A DNA stretch of 62,881 bases, counting the filler, from Licmophora abbreviata (taxonomy: Eukaryota), in assembly GCA_900291995.1 (NCBI GenBank). It is 11 parts of 11 records of this genome, joined end to end, with 100 filler letters (N's around TTAATTAATTAA, not from the genome) between each part and the next. Parts side by side here need not be neighbours in the genome. Positions count along the whole stretch, not along the records: positions 31,011 to 37,310 come from OLMU01000485.1; positions 37,411 to 44,909 come from OLMU01000486.1; positions 45,010 to 46,629 come from OLMU01000487.1; positions 46,730 to 49,501 come from OLMU01000488.1; 7 more parts are not named here. One strand, given 5' to 3'. The notes beneath the pieces were generated by a model, which saw only the letters and a program-made list of their open reading frames with translations, was not told the DNA's origin and did no database searches. Position numbers and translations under genes: made by a program. Every line of letters starts with the position of its first letter. The first letter of the stretch is position 1. Of this stretch, positions 36,346 through 47,941 are shown piece by piece.

Positions 36346-37310
36346 TTTGGTGTAGAAGTCTGTCGAGGGTATGAACGGAGGAATCGTTTGTCAGTAAGTT
36401 GGCGAGCAAGATACGTTGGAGTCGAAATAACGGAATGGGCCAGGGAGGAAAGAATGATTCATGCCCCACACAAGTAGCCGCGCTTGCACTGTTTGGAATG
36501 GTCAAGGGACCTTCGACACGAAAGTCTGGCGACGCGAACGACCAGCAGCACAACTTCAGACTACGCAGATGAAAACGAGTCGGCTAGTAGATCCTGAGCT
36601 CTGAAACACGACAAAGGCCCCAAAGAAATCCCCAGTCGTCAACGGCATTGGTCCCAGTTTTAGGACCTCGTGCCAACAGAAAATGTTCTGTTCTGTGACA
36701 AGGGCATCAGGGAACCTCCTGACATGAACAGTGGCTCTATCCGACCTCTCCGTTACCCATGCAAGTAACAGTATATACTGTGGATGTGCACTCGACGGAG
36801 TAGGTACGTGGGCAAGAGAGAATCGAAGGCGCGGCATTTGCCAAGGAGCAGAGACACACGAGCAGATGGCACGGAGAATTCGGTTCTCTCCTCGCACAGG
36901 ACACTCTCGACCCAAGCAACGTCCAGGTTAGGCCCTTTTAGCATATGCGAGCACATTCCAGCGCAAGCACAGCAGAATATAACGATTCGTTCGTCTTAAA
37001 ATTCATCGAAAAACCCCATGGTCGGCTACTCACATGTTTCAAAGGCGCGCCCAAAGGTGAAAAAAGTGGGAGGTGAAGAGGAACGCAATACACGTCGTGT
37101 ACCAGAGCCTACGTTTGAATCTACGATGGTATTCATTCTACGAAATCCTACCGTCCAGAGTTCGGAGGTGGAGGTAATGGGGACCTCGATAAACAAAGGA
37201 ATTCTGGCTCCAGGTCGTGTCATCATTCCTCGAGATTCACAGCTGTTACAGCCTGCAATAGGTGAGAGCAAGATTCCATACGCGCTATGACCGTCAATTT
37301 CCGGGTTCTT

Positions 37311-37410
37311 NNNNNNNNNNNNNNNNNNNNNNNNNNNNNNNNNNNNNNNNNNNNTTAATTAATTAANNNNNNNNNNNNNNNNNNNNNNNNNNNNNNNNNN
37401 NNNNNNNNNN
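37311..37410. other. Assembly spacer
   Basis: Same 100-nt linker. Confidence 0.97.
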
Positions 37411-37776
37411 GGCTTACTCGGAATAAATACAATATTATTCGGCTTTATATAGTGCAATCTCATTTTCGGCCAAGGCAAGCCACCAGTTTCAGCCAGCTTT
37501 CCGGAACCCCCTGTCAACAAATCCGGGAGTGCGAAGTCTATTGAGATCTAACGTAGCATACCTGGTACGCTAGTCATGCTAAGGCACCCATTCATGGTAC
37601 CATGGTACCGGCTCGTCTCGACCGTAGCAATGCTTGAAGCCTATCGGCAAGATTGATGTTATACGGTTCACAGGGACGGTGTGTTTTTTTCGAGATTACT
37701 ACATAATCTCTTGCATTCATTTCTTTATCTAGCAAGCGACGATGATGTCTCGTTCGAGAGATAAAGACACATCGAA

Positions 37777-39290
37777 CTATTGCGCTGCCTCTTTCTTTTC
37801 AGTTCCATCGTCTTCTTCGTCCTCCCTTTGTTCTTTCTTCTTGCTCTTCCCAAATATAGTTTTGAAGGCAGAACCAGCGGCCTGTGCCAGCCGACCTGAG
37901 ATTCCAGCACCAGCGTTCTTGGCCTCCTCGTCGAACTCCCGCAACAACTCTTCTTGTCGATTCGTAATCTTCCTTGGTATCTCTATCTTTAGATGCACAA
38001 TCTGATTTCCTTTGGTAGATCCATGCAGCCGCTGAATGCCTTTTCCACGCATCATGAGTTTCGCTTCGACTTGGGTTCCCTTCGGAATCTTCATCTCCAC
38101 GTCCCCTGTTAGCGTCTTGACGTCGACGGTTCCACCGAGAACGGCTTGCGTGAGGCTAATGGGTACCTCGGTGTGGATATCAGCACCATCCCGATGGAAG
38201 TAGTTGTCGGCCTCGACAACAACCTGTACTAGTAGATTGCCAGAGGGTGCACCGGGGTCACCTTCAGCGCCTTGCCCAGCTAGACGCAGGTTCATACCCG
38301 TGTCGATTCCGGCCGGGATGTCCACCGTCACGTCGCGCTCCTTCACCGATGTCTTGCCCGTCTTGGAATCCGCTGTTTGATATCGAAGGTGCAAGTCCTT
38401 GGAGGCACCAAATGCTGCCTCTTTCAACGTCAGCTGAACGTGCATCTGAAGATCGGCTCCTCGTCGCGGGCCACGCGGTTTTCGACGACGTCCACCACCA
38501 CCAAAAAAGGCATCAAACAGATCCTCCGCGTCAATCTCTTCAGCAGATCCAGACGATGAAAAATGAAAGGATCCGCCGCCGTTGTCAAAATTGAACCCCT
38601 CGAAGCCTTGAAAGGGATTCTGTCCACCGCCGCCGCCGCCGAATCCACTGTTGGGATCGACACCGGCGTGGCCAAATTGATCATACAGCGGTCGTTGCTT
38701 GTCATCGGAAAGAACTTCGTAGGCTTCCGTGGCTTCTTTGAACTTCTGCTCTGCCTTCTTGTCGCCCTGCAAGATATGCAACAACAAGGGAGAAAAAATG
38801 AGCGAACTGCGCATGGTTTCGACAGTCGAGTCGAACTACTGGAGAAAAGCCCAAGCCCTGTTCGGGCATACTCCAGTGACTCGTCTCAATCGTTTACTCT
38901 CATGACAATGACTACTCTGGACTAGCATACCTGGTTGGTATCGGGATGGTATTGCTTTGCAAGCTTGAAATACGCCTTCTTCACGTCTCCCTTCTTCGCA
39001 TCGCGCGGGACGCCCAAGACATCGTAGAAATCGCGTTTGGACTTGGAGGAAAAGTGGCGAGAGCGTGACGCACTGAGCTTTGGTCTAACGAAGCCGTGTT
39101 GAGTGGACGTCACGTGTGCGAACCGAACTTGGGACGACATTCTCTGCTGCAGTGGCCATTCCGAATTCGATCGAAGATGCGACGGCGATGTTGCAACTCC
39201 TGTTGCAATAGCCGCTGCTGCATTCCTTGCTCCTCGTCGGAGGACCAACGATACAGCGCAAGACGTCCCGATTGTAGCAGCAGACGACAT
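37777..39290 (-). CDS. dnaJ: DnaJ/Hsp40 chaperone with mitochondrial-type presequence, lacking the Zn finger, 2 exons
   Basis: R/S-rich presequence, DFYDVLGV...[16 protein letters not shown] region and a C-terminal domain ([16 protein letters not shown]). Confidence 0.9.
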
Positions 39291-39722
39291 GTTAATCAGA
39301 TGGTGGTATCGCAGAGCACAAGTAGCATCCCAACACAACTCAATGGTGAGAGGTGAGAACAAGAGGAGGGAGGAGGGAGAAAAACGAGTGGCGACGAGCA
39401 ACGTGGGCTTCGGAATGAAATTGAAAGTGGAAACATGAATTTTCCCAAATTTGCTCCTAATATTCCATAACTAATTCAGAACTGACCAAACTCAAACTTC
39501 TTCCAAATATTTGGAAGTTCTGCCGTGTGCTGACGTCTTTTCGTCTTTTCCGACGGAAGTCGGAACCCGGCAAAGAAAGTGCAACCTGCTTGTGATACCA
39601 ATGCTTGCCACAAGGGCGACGAAGAACTCCATCGCGGTCGCATCCTTCGTGTGTTTCCCATCCGCTGTACTGTTTCGTGAAACGACAGCGAGCTCATAGT
39701 TTTCTAAAAGGAATCGATCAAG

Positions 39723-40091
39723 ATGAAGAGTTGCGTTTTGGCATTTTTGTTGGCTGTCGTGTCGAATGTGTCGCAGACCGCCAGCTTTGTTCCTTCTGCG
39801 CCTTTTGTTTCAAGACTACGATCCACTGCCCCTCTTTCCATGAGCGATAGTGGCAACGTCGAACAGATCGAGTTCAAGATTTTCCCCGATGGTAGAGTAG
39901 AAGAGACGGTTCGAGGGATCAAGGGAAACAATTGCCATAAAGTCACGGAGAAGATCAATGAGAGCCTGGGCGAAGTTGTTGCTTCGAGTCCGACAGAGGA
40001 GCTTTACGAACAGGAACTGGTGATCGACCAAACCATCTCCCAGACGCAGGGCGACAGTGGTAGTAGTTGGGATGGAACTTCGACGTGGTAG
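39723..40091 (+). CDS. Small plastid-targeted DUF2997-like protein
   Basis: Signal peptide plus TAS-FVP, then IEFKIFPDGRVEETVRGIKGNNCHKVTEKINESLG...PTEELY. Confidence 0.75.
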   Translation: MKSCVLAFLLAVVSNVSQTASFVPSAPFVSRLRSTAPLSMSDSGNVEQIEFKIFPDGRVEETVRGIKGNNCHKVTEKINESLGEVVASSPTEELYEQELVIDQTISQTQGDSGSSWDGTSTW

Positions 40092-40869
40092 AGCAGAGCT
40101 TCTGCCTGATTGTGTTGTCGATGTTTCGATGTGCTACTTGCCTTAGAACAGACTCGTTCCGGACGACAACGCTCGATTGACGCCTGTACGTTATCTCAAC
40201 GTGTAAGCAACAGTAATAGACTTTGATTTACCCTGTCCGCTCCTACTCGTGCTGAAATGACGTGAACAATTTTGATTCGACAGCGAGCGGCAACCTGAAG
40301 CGAGAGATAGAGAGAAAGAACGTGTCAACTTGTAAAATATGGCAGCAATGCGTCCAACTGGAAGACTCGGGCCCCCAGAAAGACTCCTATCTACTTGACT
40401 AGCGACCTCAACTTTCATTAGGATCAAGAGCAGCATTACTCACAGGAACGCTACCCAAAAGACGGAACAAGTCGTACGCATCAGGTTCGAGTCTCGACTC
40501 AATCTCAGCGTCTCAGCATAAATTTTCCGTAATTCCATTGACCGCGCCACTTATCTAATGCACTTACTTTGCACTTCTGCCAGCATTCAAACATCTGCTT
40601 GACGATTAAGCTACCAAACATTATACCGATAACACCAGCGACATCAAAAGCAAGCAGCATTAGAGCAGGTCGCAAAGCTAAGGTAAGACGGTCAGAGCAT
40701 CACAGTCTGCCCGACGTCCCAACACCGGAGAAATTGCGCTCCAATCAGCCACCGAAGTCAGTTTCAGATTGATCACACCGAAACCCGAAACAAACGTTCA
40801 TAGACTATATGCGATCATTATCGCTACACCACTTCTTGTGTATCTGTACCACTTTTGTCAGTTTAAAGC

Positions 40870-43800
40870 ATGGGAAAGGAAGGAAAGAAGCCATTGACCC
40901 CAGTGGAACGATTGCAAGCTCTTTCGCTAGTGACAAAAGTTACAGCTGAGCTTTCGCAGCATTTGGGACTTCAAGACAAGACATTGTCCGAATTTGTGAT
41001 TTCGCTTGCCGAAAGTGAGCTAAAGGTCACCTGAAACAGGGTGGGACTGATATTGCTCCTTCGTTGGCGCAGTCGCTCGGGAAGAAATTGTCTGAAAATG
41101 GAGCCGCCGATGTTCCGCTCAGTCTGGTGTCTTACATTTTGCGACTCGTACTGGATACCAGCCCTCGCATTGCCAGACTGAAGGCAAGTTTGGAGAAGAA
41201 GAAAAAGAAGGTCAACGCGGACGGAGGAGGAAACGATCATCATATTCTCGGCAGTATGGAAGCGTCCTCTCGAAAGGATGAGCTCGGAAAGAGTTTCCCT
41301 GGATTGGCGGTGGCGAACCTGGCGCACGCGGTCCCCTTGGACGGCGCCTTTTACGAACATTCCAAGACGCAAGAGAAGGGGCCGGTTGTCGAGTCTAGTC
41401 AGCGCCGTGGGGTGTCGAACCTTCCGGCGTGGATGACTCGCGGAGACGGCTCACCAGACACCAAAAGAGCTCGTACCAACAACGAGCCGGAGCTGCATGG
41501 CATCTATCGTGGGACTGTACAAAAGATGTTGGACTTCGGGATGGTTGTTGACTTACCACAATTCCACACGGAAGGCATGGTACACAACACTCATGTATCG
41601 AAATCGCGGGTACAGCATTCGTCCGAGGCTGGCTTCAAACGCGGTCAATCCGTGTGGGTCAAAGTGATCTCCACGACAAACCAGAAGATCATCCTTAGTG
41701 CTAAAGATGTGGACCAGGAGACAGGACGAGACCTCATGCCGCATCGAGCTATGGCGCGCGCAGAGGCTACGTATGGTCGAACCGAAGCAGGTGACTCCAA
41801 GGCCGCCATGTCATCAGCGTCGATTGTTCATCCTGGATTGGATGTGGCCGCTGTAAAGAGACGAGAAGCCGAAGAAGAGTCGCGCCACGCTCATCTCAAG
41901 ACCTTGCCCACAAGCGGGGGTGGTGGCCAGTCGGTGCGGAGAGCCAAGCAGCTAACAGAACAAGAGCTATTCGAGGCACAACAGCTTATTCGGTCTGGGG
42001 TGCTTCCAGTCGAACAGTATCCCACGTTTGATGCTGAAGGCGGGCTTGGCATGCTGGCCGTGGAGGAAACGGAGGAAGAAACCGACGTGGAACTGGCCGA
42101 CGTTGAGCCTGCGTTTCTAAAAGGACAAACGCGCCGTAGTGGTCGTGACCTCGAACCTGTCCGTATCGTGCGAAATCCCGACGGTTCCCTGCAGCGAGCG
42201 GCCATGCAGCAGTCATCACTAGCGAAGGAGAGGCGAGAGCTTCGTCAGGCTCAGGCGAACCAGTTAATCGACTCGATCCCAAAGGACCTCAATCGCCCTT
42301 GGGAAGATCCGCTGCCGGAGGCGGGAGAAAGACACTTTGCTCAGGAGCTACGTAGTATCAACATGAGTCAGTTTGACGGAGCACCAGAATGGAAACAGAA
42401 AGCGGAGAACAAGACGCTCTCGTACGGCATCATCTCCAGCAAGAGCATCAAAGAGCAACGAGAAAGCTTGCCCATTTACAAACTAAAGAAGGAGCTACTT
42501 GGGGCAATTGCTAACAACCAGGTTCTCGTAGTAATTGGCGAAACTGGAAGTGGCAAAACTACCCAAATGACACAATACATGGTCGAGCTGGGCATGACAA
42601 AACGCGGGATGATTGGGTGTACACAGCCGCGTCGAGTTGCGGCAGTCTCCGTTGCCAAACGTGTCGCCGAAGAGTTCGGGTGCTCCCTGGGGGAACAAGT
42701 AGGTTACTCGATCCGTTTCGAGGACGTGACATCCTCTGATACTGTTATCAAATACATGACAGATGGAATGCTGATGCGAGAGTACTTGGCGGACAACGAC
42801 CTCCGTCGCTATTCGGCGCTGATGCTCGACGAGGCTCACGAGCGCACTGTAAGCACAGATGTCTTGTTCGGTCTTCTAAAGGATTTATGCCGTCGCCGAC
42901 CGGACATGAAGATTGTTGTGACAAGTGCAACTCTCGACGCGGAAAAGTTCTCTACCTATTTCTTCAAGTGCCCTATTTTCACAATTCCAGGACGAACTTT
43001 CCCTGTCGTAGTCCTCTACACAAAAGAACCTGAGAGTGACTATCTTGATGCCGCGCTCATTACGGTCATGCAGATTCATCTTTCTGAACCGGCCGGTGAT
43101 ATCCTAGTCTTCTTAACTGGTCAAGAGGAAATTGATACTTGCTGCGAGACGCTCTTCACGCGGATGCAAGCTCTGGGCGATCTGGCACCCGAGCTCCTAG
43201 TCTTGCCTGTGTACTCAGCCCTTCCATCTGAAATGCAGTCGCGGATTTTCGAGCCGGCGCCACCAGGGTCGCGAAAGTGCGTGGTTGCAACGAATATCGC
43301 TGAGGCTTCTCTTACTATCGACGGAATCTACTACGTGGTCGATCCGGGCTTCTCGAAGCAGAAAGCGTTCAACGCGAAACTTGGAATGGACTCGCTTGTT
43401 GTCACTCCCATCTCACAGGCGTCAGCACGACAGAGAGCGGGTCGTGCAGGGCGAACCGGCCCTGGAAAATGCTATCGTCTGTACACCGAGCAAGCGTACA
43501 AGACGGAGATGCTTCCAACAAACATTCCCGAGATTCAACGAACAAACCTTGGAAATGTGGTACTTCAGCTCAAAGCGATGGGAATCAATGACCTACTAGG
43601 ATTTGATTTCATGGACCCTCCGCCCGTCGCGACGCTGGTCGGTGCCATGGAGTCTCTCCACGCACTTGGGGCCCTCGACGACGAGGGGCTACTTACGAGA
43701 CTAGGCCGGCGCATGGCGGAATTTCCTCTCGAGCCAAATCTATCAAAGATGCTCATCCTGTCAGTCGACTTGGGATGCTCCGAGGAGATCCTTACCATCA

Positions 43801-44432
43801 CTTCGATGCTGAGCGTTGAGAACCCTTTCTACCGTCCCAAGGAAAAACAGGCGCAGGCTGACATGAAGAAGGCCAAGTTTCATCAAGCTGAAGGGGATCA
43901 CCTCACACTCTTGACCGTCTACAAGGGCTGGGAGGCATCAAAGTTTAGCAACCCGTGGTGCTTTGAGAATTTCGTGCAGGCACGAAGCATGAGGCGGGCA
44001 CAAGACGTTCGAAAGCAACTCGTCGCCATCATGGATCGATACAAGCTGGATTTGGTCAGTGCCGGCAAGAACTACAAGGTCATATGCAAGGCGATCACAG
44101 CTGGATTTTTCATGAATACTGCCAAGAAGGACCCTCAGGAGGGCTATCGAACACTGGTTGATCAGAACCCAGTGTACATTCACCCATCTTCAGCACTATT
44201 CAACAAGAATCCCGAATATGTGATATATCACGAGCTCGTGCTGACGACGCGCGAGTACATGCGAAATATCATGGTGATCGATGCAAAGTGGCTTATTGAA
44301 CTCGCACCTGCTTTCTATTCAAAGGCCGACCCCAATAAGTTGTCACGTGCGAAACGACGGGAGAAGATCGAACCATTGTTTGATCGGTTCAACCCGAAGG
44401 ACGCTTGGCGTCTTTCAAAGCGCAAGGGATAA
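40870..44432 (+). CDS. PRP22: Pre-mRNA splicing DEAH helicase Prp22/DHX8 (apparent frameshift near 41022)
   Basis: Conserved N-terminus [25 protein letters not shown] from ATG 40870. The main frame has an S1 domain, [23 protein letters not shown] and a C-terminal WRLSKR. Confidence 0.93.
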
Positions 44433-44909
44433 TAACAATGATTGTAATTTTCAAGATATACGTCTGTGTCCTCTGCTGTACTAGTATGTATACGTTCTAC
44501 TGTACATCGTATCTATGGTTCCCGGACCCGCCTTCACCATCGTCTTCAAAGCGGTGCTGGCGTATTATGTTGAGGTACATGTGACAATTCGATTCAATTA
44601 ATACAAGCGTTTCTTGGTTAATTTTCGTTCTTTTGAGATCGCGCTTTCTCTCCCATTCTCCACTTCATGTCTAAATCGCGATAGCCCCGCAACAGAAGCT
44701 CTCGTCCATGGGCTTGACTTTCCAAATGGGACGAGAAGGGTTGTAGAGATTGCCCCAAGAGTTGGAGGGAGCGCGGTTTGCTCGCCGGTCTGCTCGGCGC
44801 TCGTCATCGCTTCGCGCTCTACTCTCCGCGCGATGATCATGACGACGACGCCGAGACCACGCCACCATCACAACTCACAACCCCAAGGCAGCCGCGTTCC
44901 TGTCTCCCT

Positions 44910-45009
44910 NNNNNNNNNNNNNNNNNNNNNNNNNNNNNNNNNNNNNNNNNNNNTTAATTAATTAANNNNNNNNNNNNNNNNNNNNNNNNNNNNNNNNNNN
45001 NNNNNNNNN
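44910..45009. other. Assembly spacer
   Basis: Same 100-nt linker. Confidence 0.97.
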
Positions 45010-45061
45010 TTTCTCTCTTTCCTGTTCCGATCGTAGACCCAACAGATATATGTATTGAAGG

Positions 45062-45566
45062 ATGAGTGGCTACGAGTATCAAAACGATGCCGCCATGGAA
45101 GAAGGCAATGAAGGAGAAATGATGTCGCAGCAGCAGGCGGATCTTGCGCAAGCCAGCGTGCCGTCGAGCTTGCGAGGTGTGCGTGCCTGCATGCGATGTG
45201 GTATTCTCAAGACGGTAGACCAATTTATCCAGGAGGGATGTGAAAACTGTCCCTTTTTGGACATGGTGCGTATAGAAGTGAGTTTGATCGCAAGCGTTCT
45301 TGTCGTCGCGCTCACGAATATCCTCACGATGGTTCATACACGAACAGGCTGACAACCCAGAAAAATGCAATCTTTGTACGACGGCGTTTTTCGAAGGACA
45401 AGCTGCAATCATGGATCCAAGGGAAAGCTGGGCGGCCAAGTGGCTGCGTGTCGACAACTATCTTCCTGGAGTCTATGCGATAAGTGTGACTGGAACTTTC
45501 GATCGCGACATTGAAACAGACCTAGAAAATCGTGGCGTACGATGGCGATGTCGACCGACTCCATAA
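45062..45566 (+). CDS. SPT4: Transcription elongation factor Spt4, 2 exons
   Basis: RACMRC..KT.DQF...GCENC, CTTAFFEG, SWAAKWLR and PGVYAISVTG. Intron 45266..45347. Confidence 0.95.
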
Positions 45567-46006
45567 TGACGATATCTACTGAAGTGGGAAATGAATCCAA
45601 AGCTGAAGGCTCGACATCGCCGGCGGCGGATGAGGCGTACAGGTATAAGTCATTCAGCGAGTGGCGAGCTCTGAGCGATGCCGTAGTAAGACAAAAGTAG
45701 CTCCTATCGTATGCGACCTGCCTTTCCTTTGGCGGCAGTCCACCATGGGCGTGGGCCGAGTCTGTCACAGATGGTTTCGTAGTTGCTGTTTGCTGGCATC
45801 CCTGTTTTGTTTTGGCATCGACTAGAGGTTGACGAATGCATCAGACAGACGGCATCGTTACGAGCCAAAGCGGAACGTATCGACGGCCTGACCGCGCCAA
45901 AAGACGACGCTCGTGAGCAAGACCGAAACGCGAACACAAACACATGTATGATACAGGCAAACGGTCTTCTTGGCATTTATCCTGCTGCTTTCTTCGTGAC
46001 TTGATC

Positions 46007-47738
46007 ATGATGCTAAAGCCCACGTTTGCTCCCGTTGCTGCCGTATGGACCCTCTTGGCACTGTTGGGAGAATGTGGCAGTGCCGATGTGAATGAGCTTG
46101 GACAGGAAAGCTATGAGATCGACTCGAGTTGGGCCGTCAAGAGTGTCAATCTTACAGACACCTTTGGTGACAAACAAGCCCTGTACGACAGCTACATTGA
46201 CGGATGTCGCGAGATGGCAGGAGAGCGTACGTGGGCATGTGACGATTCGCACCGTATTCAAATGAATGTGGATCAGCCAAAGGTACGTTTTCTTTTTGTG
46301 AATACCTTCGCTACGGGTATTCCTATGACTTTTGTACGCTCGTGTCTCACACTCTCTTGTGCTTTTGCGGTGTCGCTTTTGTCCTCACTTTTCGTATGTC
46401 TCATAGTCCATGAGGGTAAGTTTATTGTATATGCGAGTATAGTCATGGTGACTGTCTGCCTTGTGACGATACGGCTCCATGGCTCATCATCCCTTCTTTT
46501 CTCATTTCACAGAATTACACGCGACTGGGCTTCAAGAAGATCAAGGCGCCAGATCGGGTATTCAACCTCATCAAGAGTTTCTGGGAAGCGAACAAAGACA
46601 AACAGCTTACGGAGTGGAAAGATATTACGNNNNNNNNNNNNNNNNNNNNNNNNNNNNNNNNNNNNNNNNNNNNTTAATTAATTAANNNNNNNNNNNNNNN
46701 NNNNNNNNNNNNNNNNNNNNNNNNNNNNNAAGACAAACAGCTTACGGAGTGGAAAGATATTACGGTATACCACAATTTATGGGAAGCGCCCCCGACGATT
46801 TCCGATGTGCAGAATGCCTCTTTCCCTGGCGGAGGTCACAAGCTGCGAGACGCGATTTGGCAGTCGGCAAAGGACATTCTGGAAGACTGGACTGGAAATT
46901 ACTTGGCGCCGTGTTCCATTTGGGGTATTCGTGCTTATCAGAATAACTCCATCCTCGCTCCCCATGTCGATCGTAATCCTCTCGTTAGTTCAGCGATCAT
47001 CAACGTCGCTCAAGATGTCGACGAACCATGGTATGTGGTACAGTCGAACTATCGTTCGATTGTCAATGTTCTCGCATGCTCACGGTGTCTTGCTCTCTTC
47101 TTCACTCATCCAGGCCGCTGGAAGTCTGGGGTCACGACGGCATGCCGTATAACATCACGATGGAGCCTGGCGATATGGTGCTTTACGAATCTCACTCCGT
47201 CATCCACGGACGTCCCTTTCCCATGAATGGTCGATACTATGCGAATATCTTTGTCCACTACGAGCCGATAGGTCGCAAGTCAGAGACGGGCGACATCTTC
47301 TTAGACGAGGATATGCATGCATCGCGTGAGGCTAGTCTCCCACCATACATTATCCCTGATTCTGTCTGGGAAAGTGACTGGCGCAGCAAGAATCCCAACG
47401 GCTGGAACCTATACGCACCCATTGATCCGCTTGACGCAGGTTACTATGGACGGATTGAAGACCTTCGCATCCTGGCTGCCATGAACAAAACCAAGCTCTT
47501 TGAAGGCGATCACAATGGCTGGATGAGTATCCACCAAGCCGCACGAAGGGGCCATGTGGACGCGTTGCGTTTCCTGCTTGCGGAAGGCGCGGACGTGGAT
47601 GTCCGCACCAACGGAGGAAGCGGTTTGTCTCCTCTGCAGATTGCAATCCAGTACATGGGTGAAGAGCATCCTGTCGTTGATCTCTTGCGCGGGGCAGGTG
47701 GGCATGCTTTTGCTCCGGGCATGACGGAGGAATTGTAA
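46007..47738 (+). CDS. Secreted/ER 2OG-Fe(II) dioxygenase-like protein with C-terminal ankyrin repeats
   Basis: Signal peptide, GIRAY...LAPHVDR, PGDMVLYES...HGRP and ankyrin repeats (IHQAARRGHVDALRFLLAEGADVD, SPLQIA). Ends TEEL. Multi-exon; the reading frame is continuous once the duplicated gap flanks are merged. Confidence 0.75.
46630..46729. other. Assembly spacer
   Basis: Same 100-nt linker; lies inside the 2OG/ankyrin gene. Confidence 0.97.
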
Positions 47739-47941
47739 GTCGACCAGAGCACATTAGTAGCAATATTCAATCATAGCATATACGACCGTAGCGATATTAT
47801 CAATATAGTATAGGGAGAACCATAAATCTTCAACGCCCGATCAATCGTTTCGAAGTACCGGTGAATTTAGCTCCACACTATCGTCATTTTACACCATCAG
47901 AGTCACAGTCTAGCAACAAATTCTTGAGATGCTACTTTACA

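Noticed and set aside
36355..36565. GAAGTCTG / GAAAGTCTG and CAACTTCAGACTAC words resembling RNase P P4 strands
   Set aside because: One pairing is only about 30 nt apart, and the other would push the 5' helices into the aminotransferase first exon. I could not build a supporting fold; an Rfam scan would settle it.
37288..37520. Possible LTR or transposon remnant around the gap (AATAAA, ends TGTCAACA)
   Set aside because: No convincing terminal inverted repeat, target-site duplication or TE coding sequence is visible.
37596..37609. 14-bp palindrome GGTACCATGGTACC
   Set aside because: Single short occurrence with no context; compatible with chance.
40484..40493. GGTTCGAGTC B-box / T-loop-like word
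   Set aside because: No cloverleaf stems or A-box; not a tRNA.
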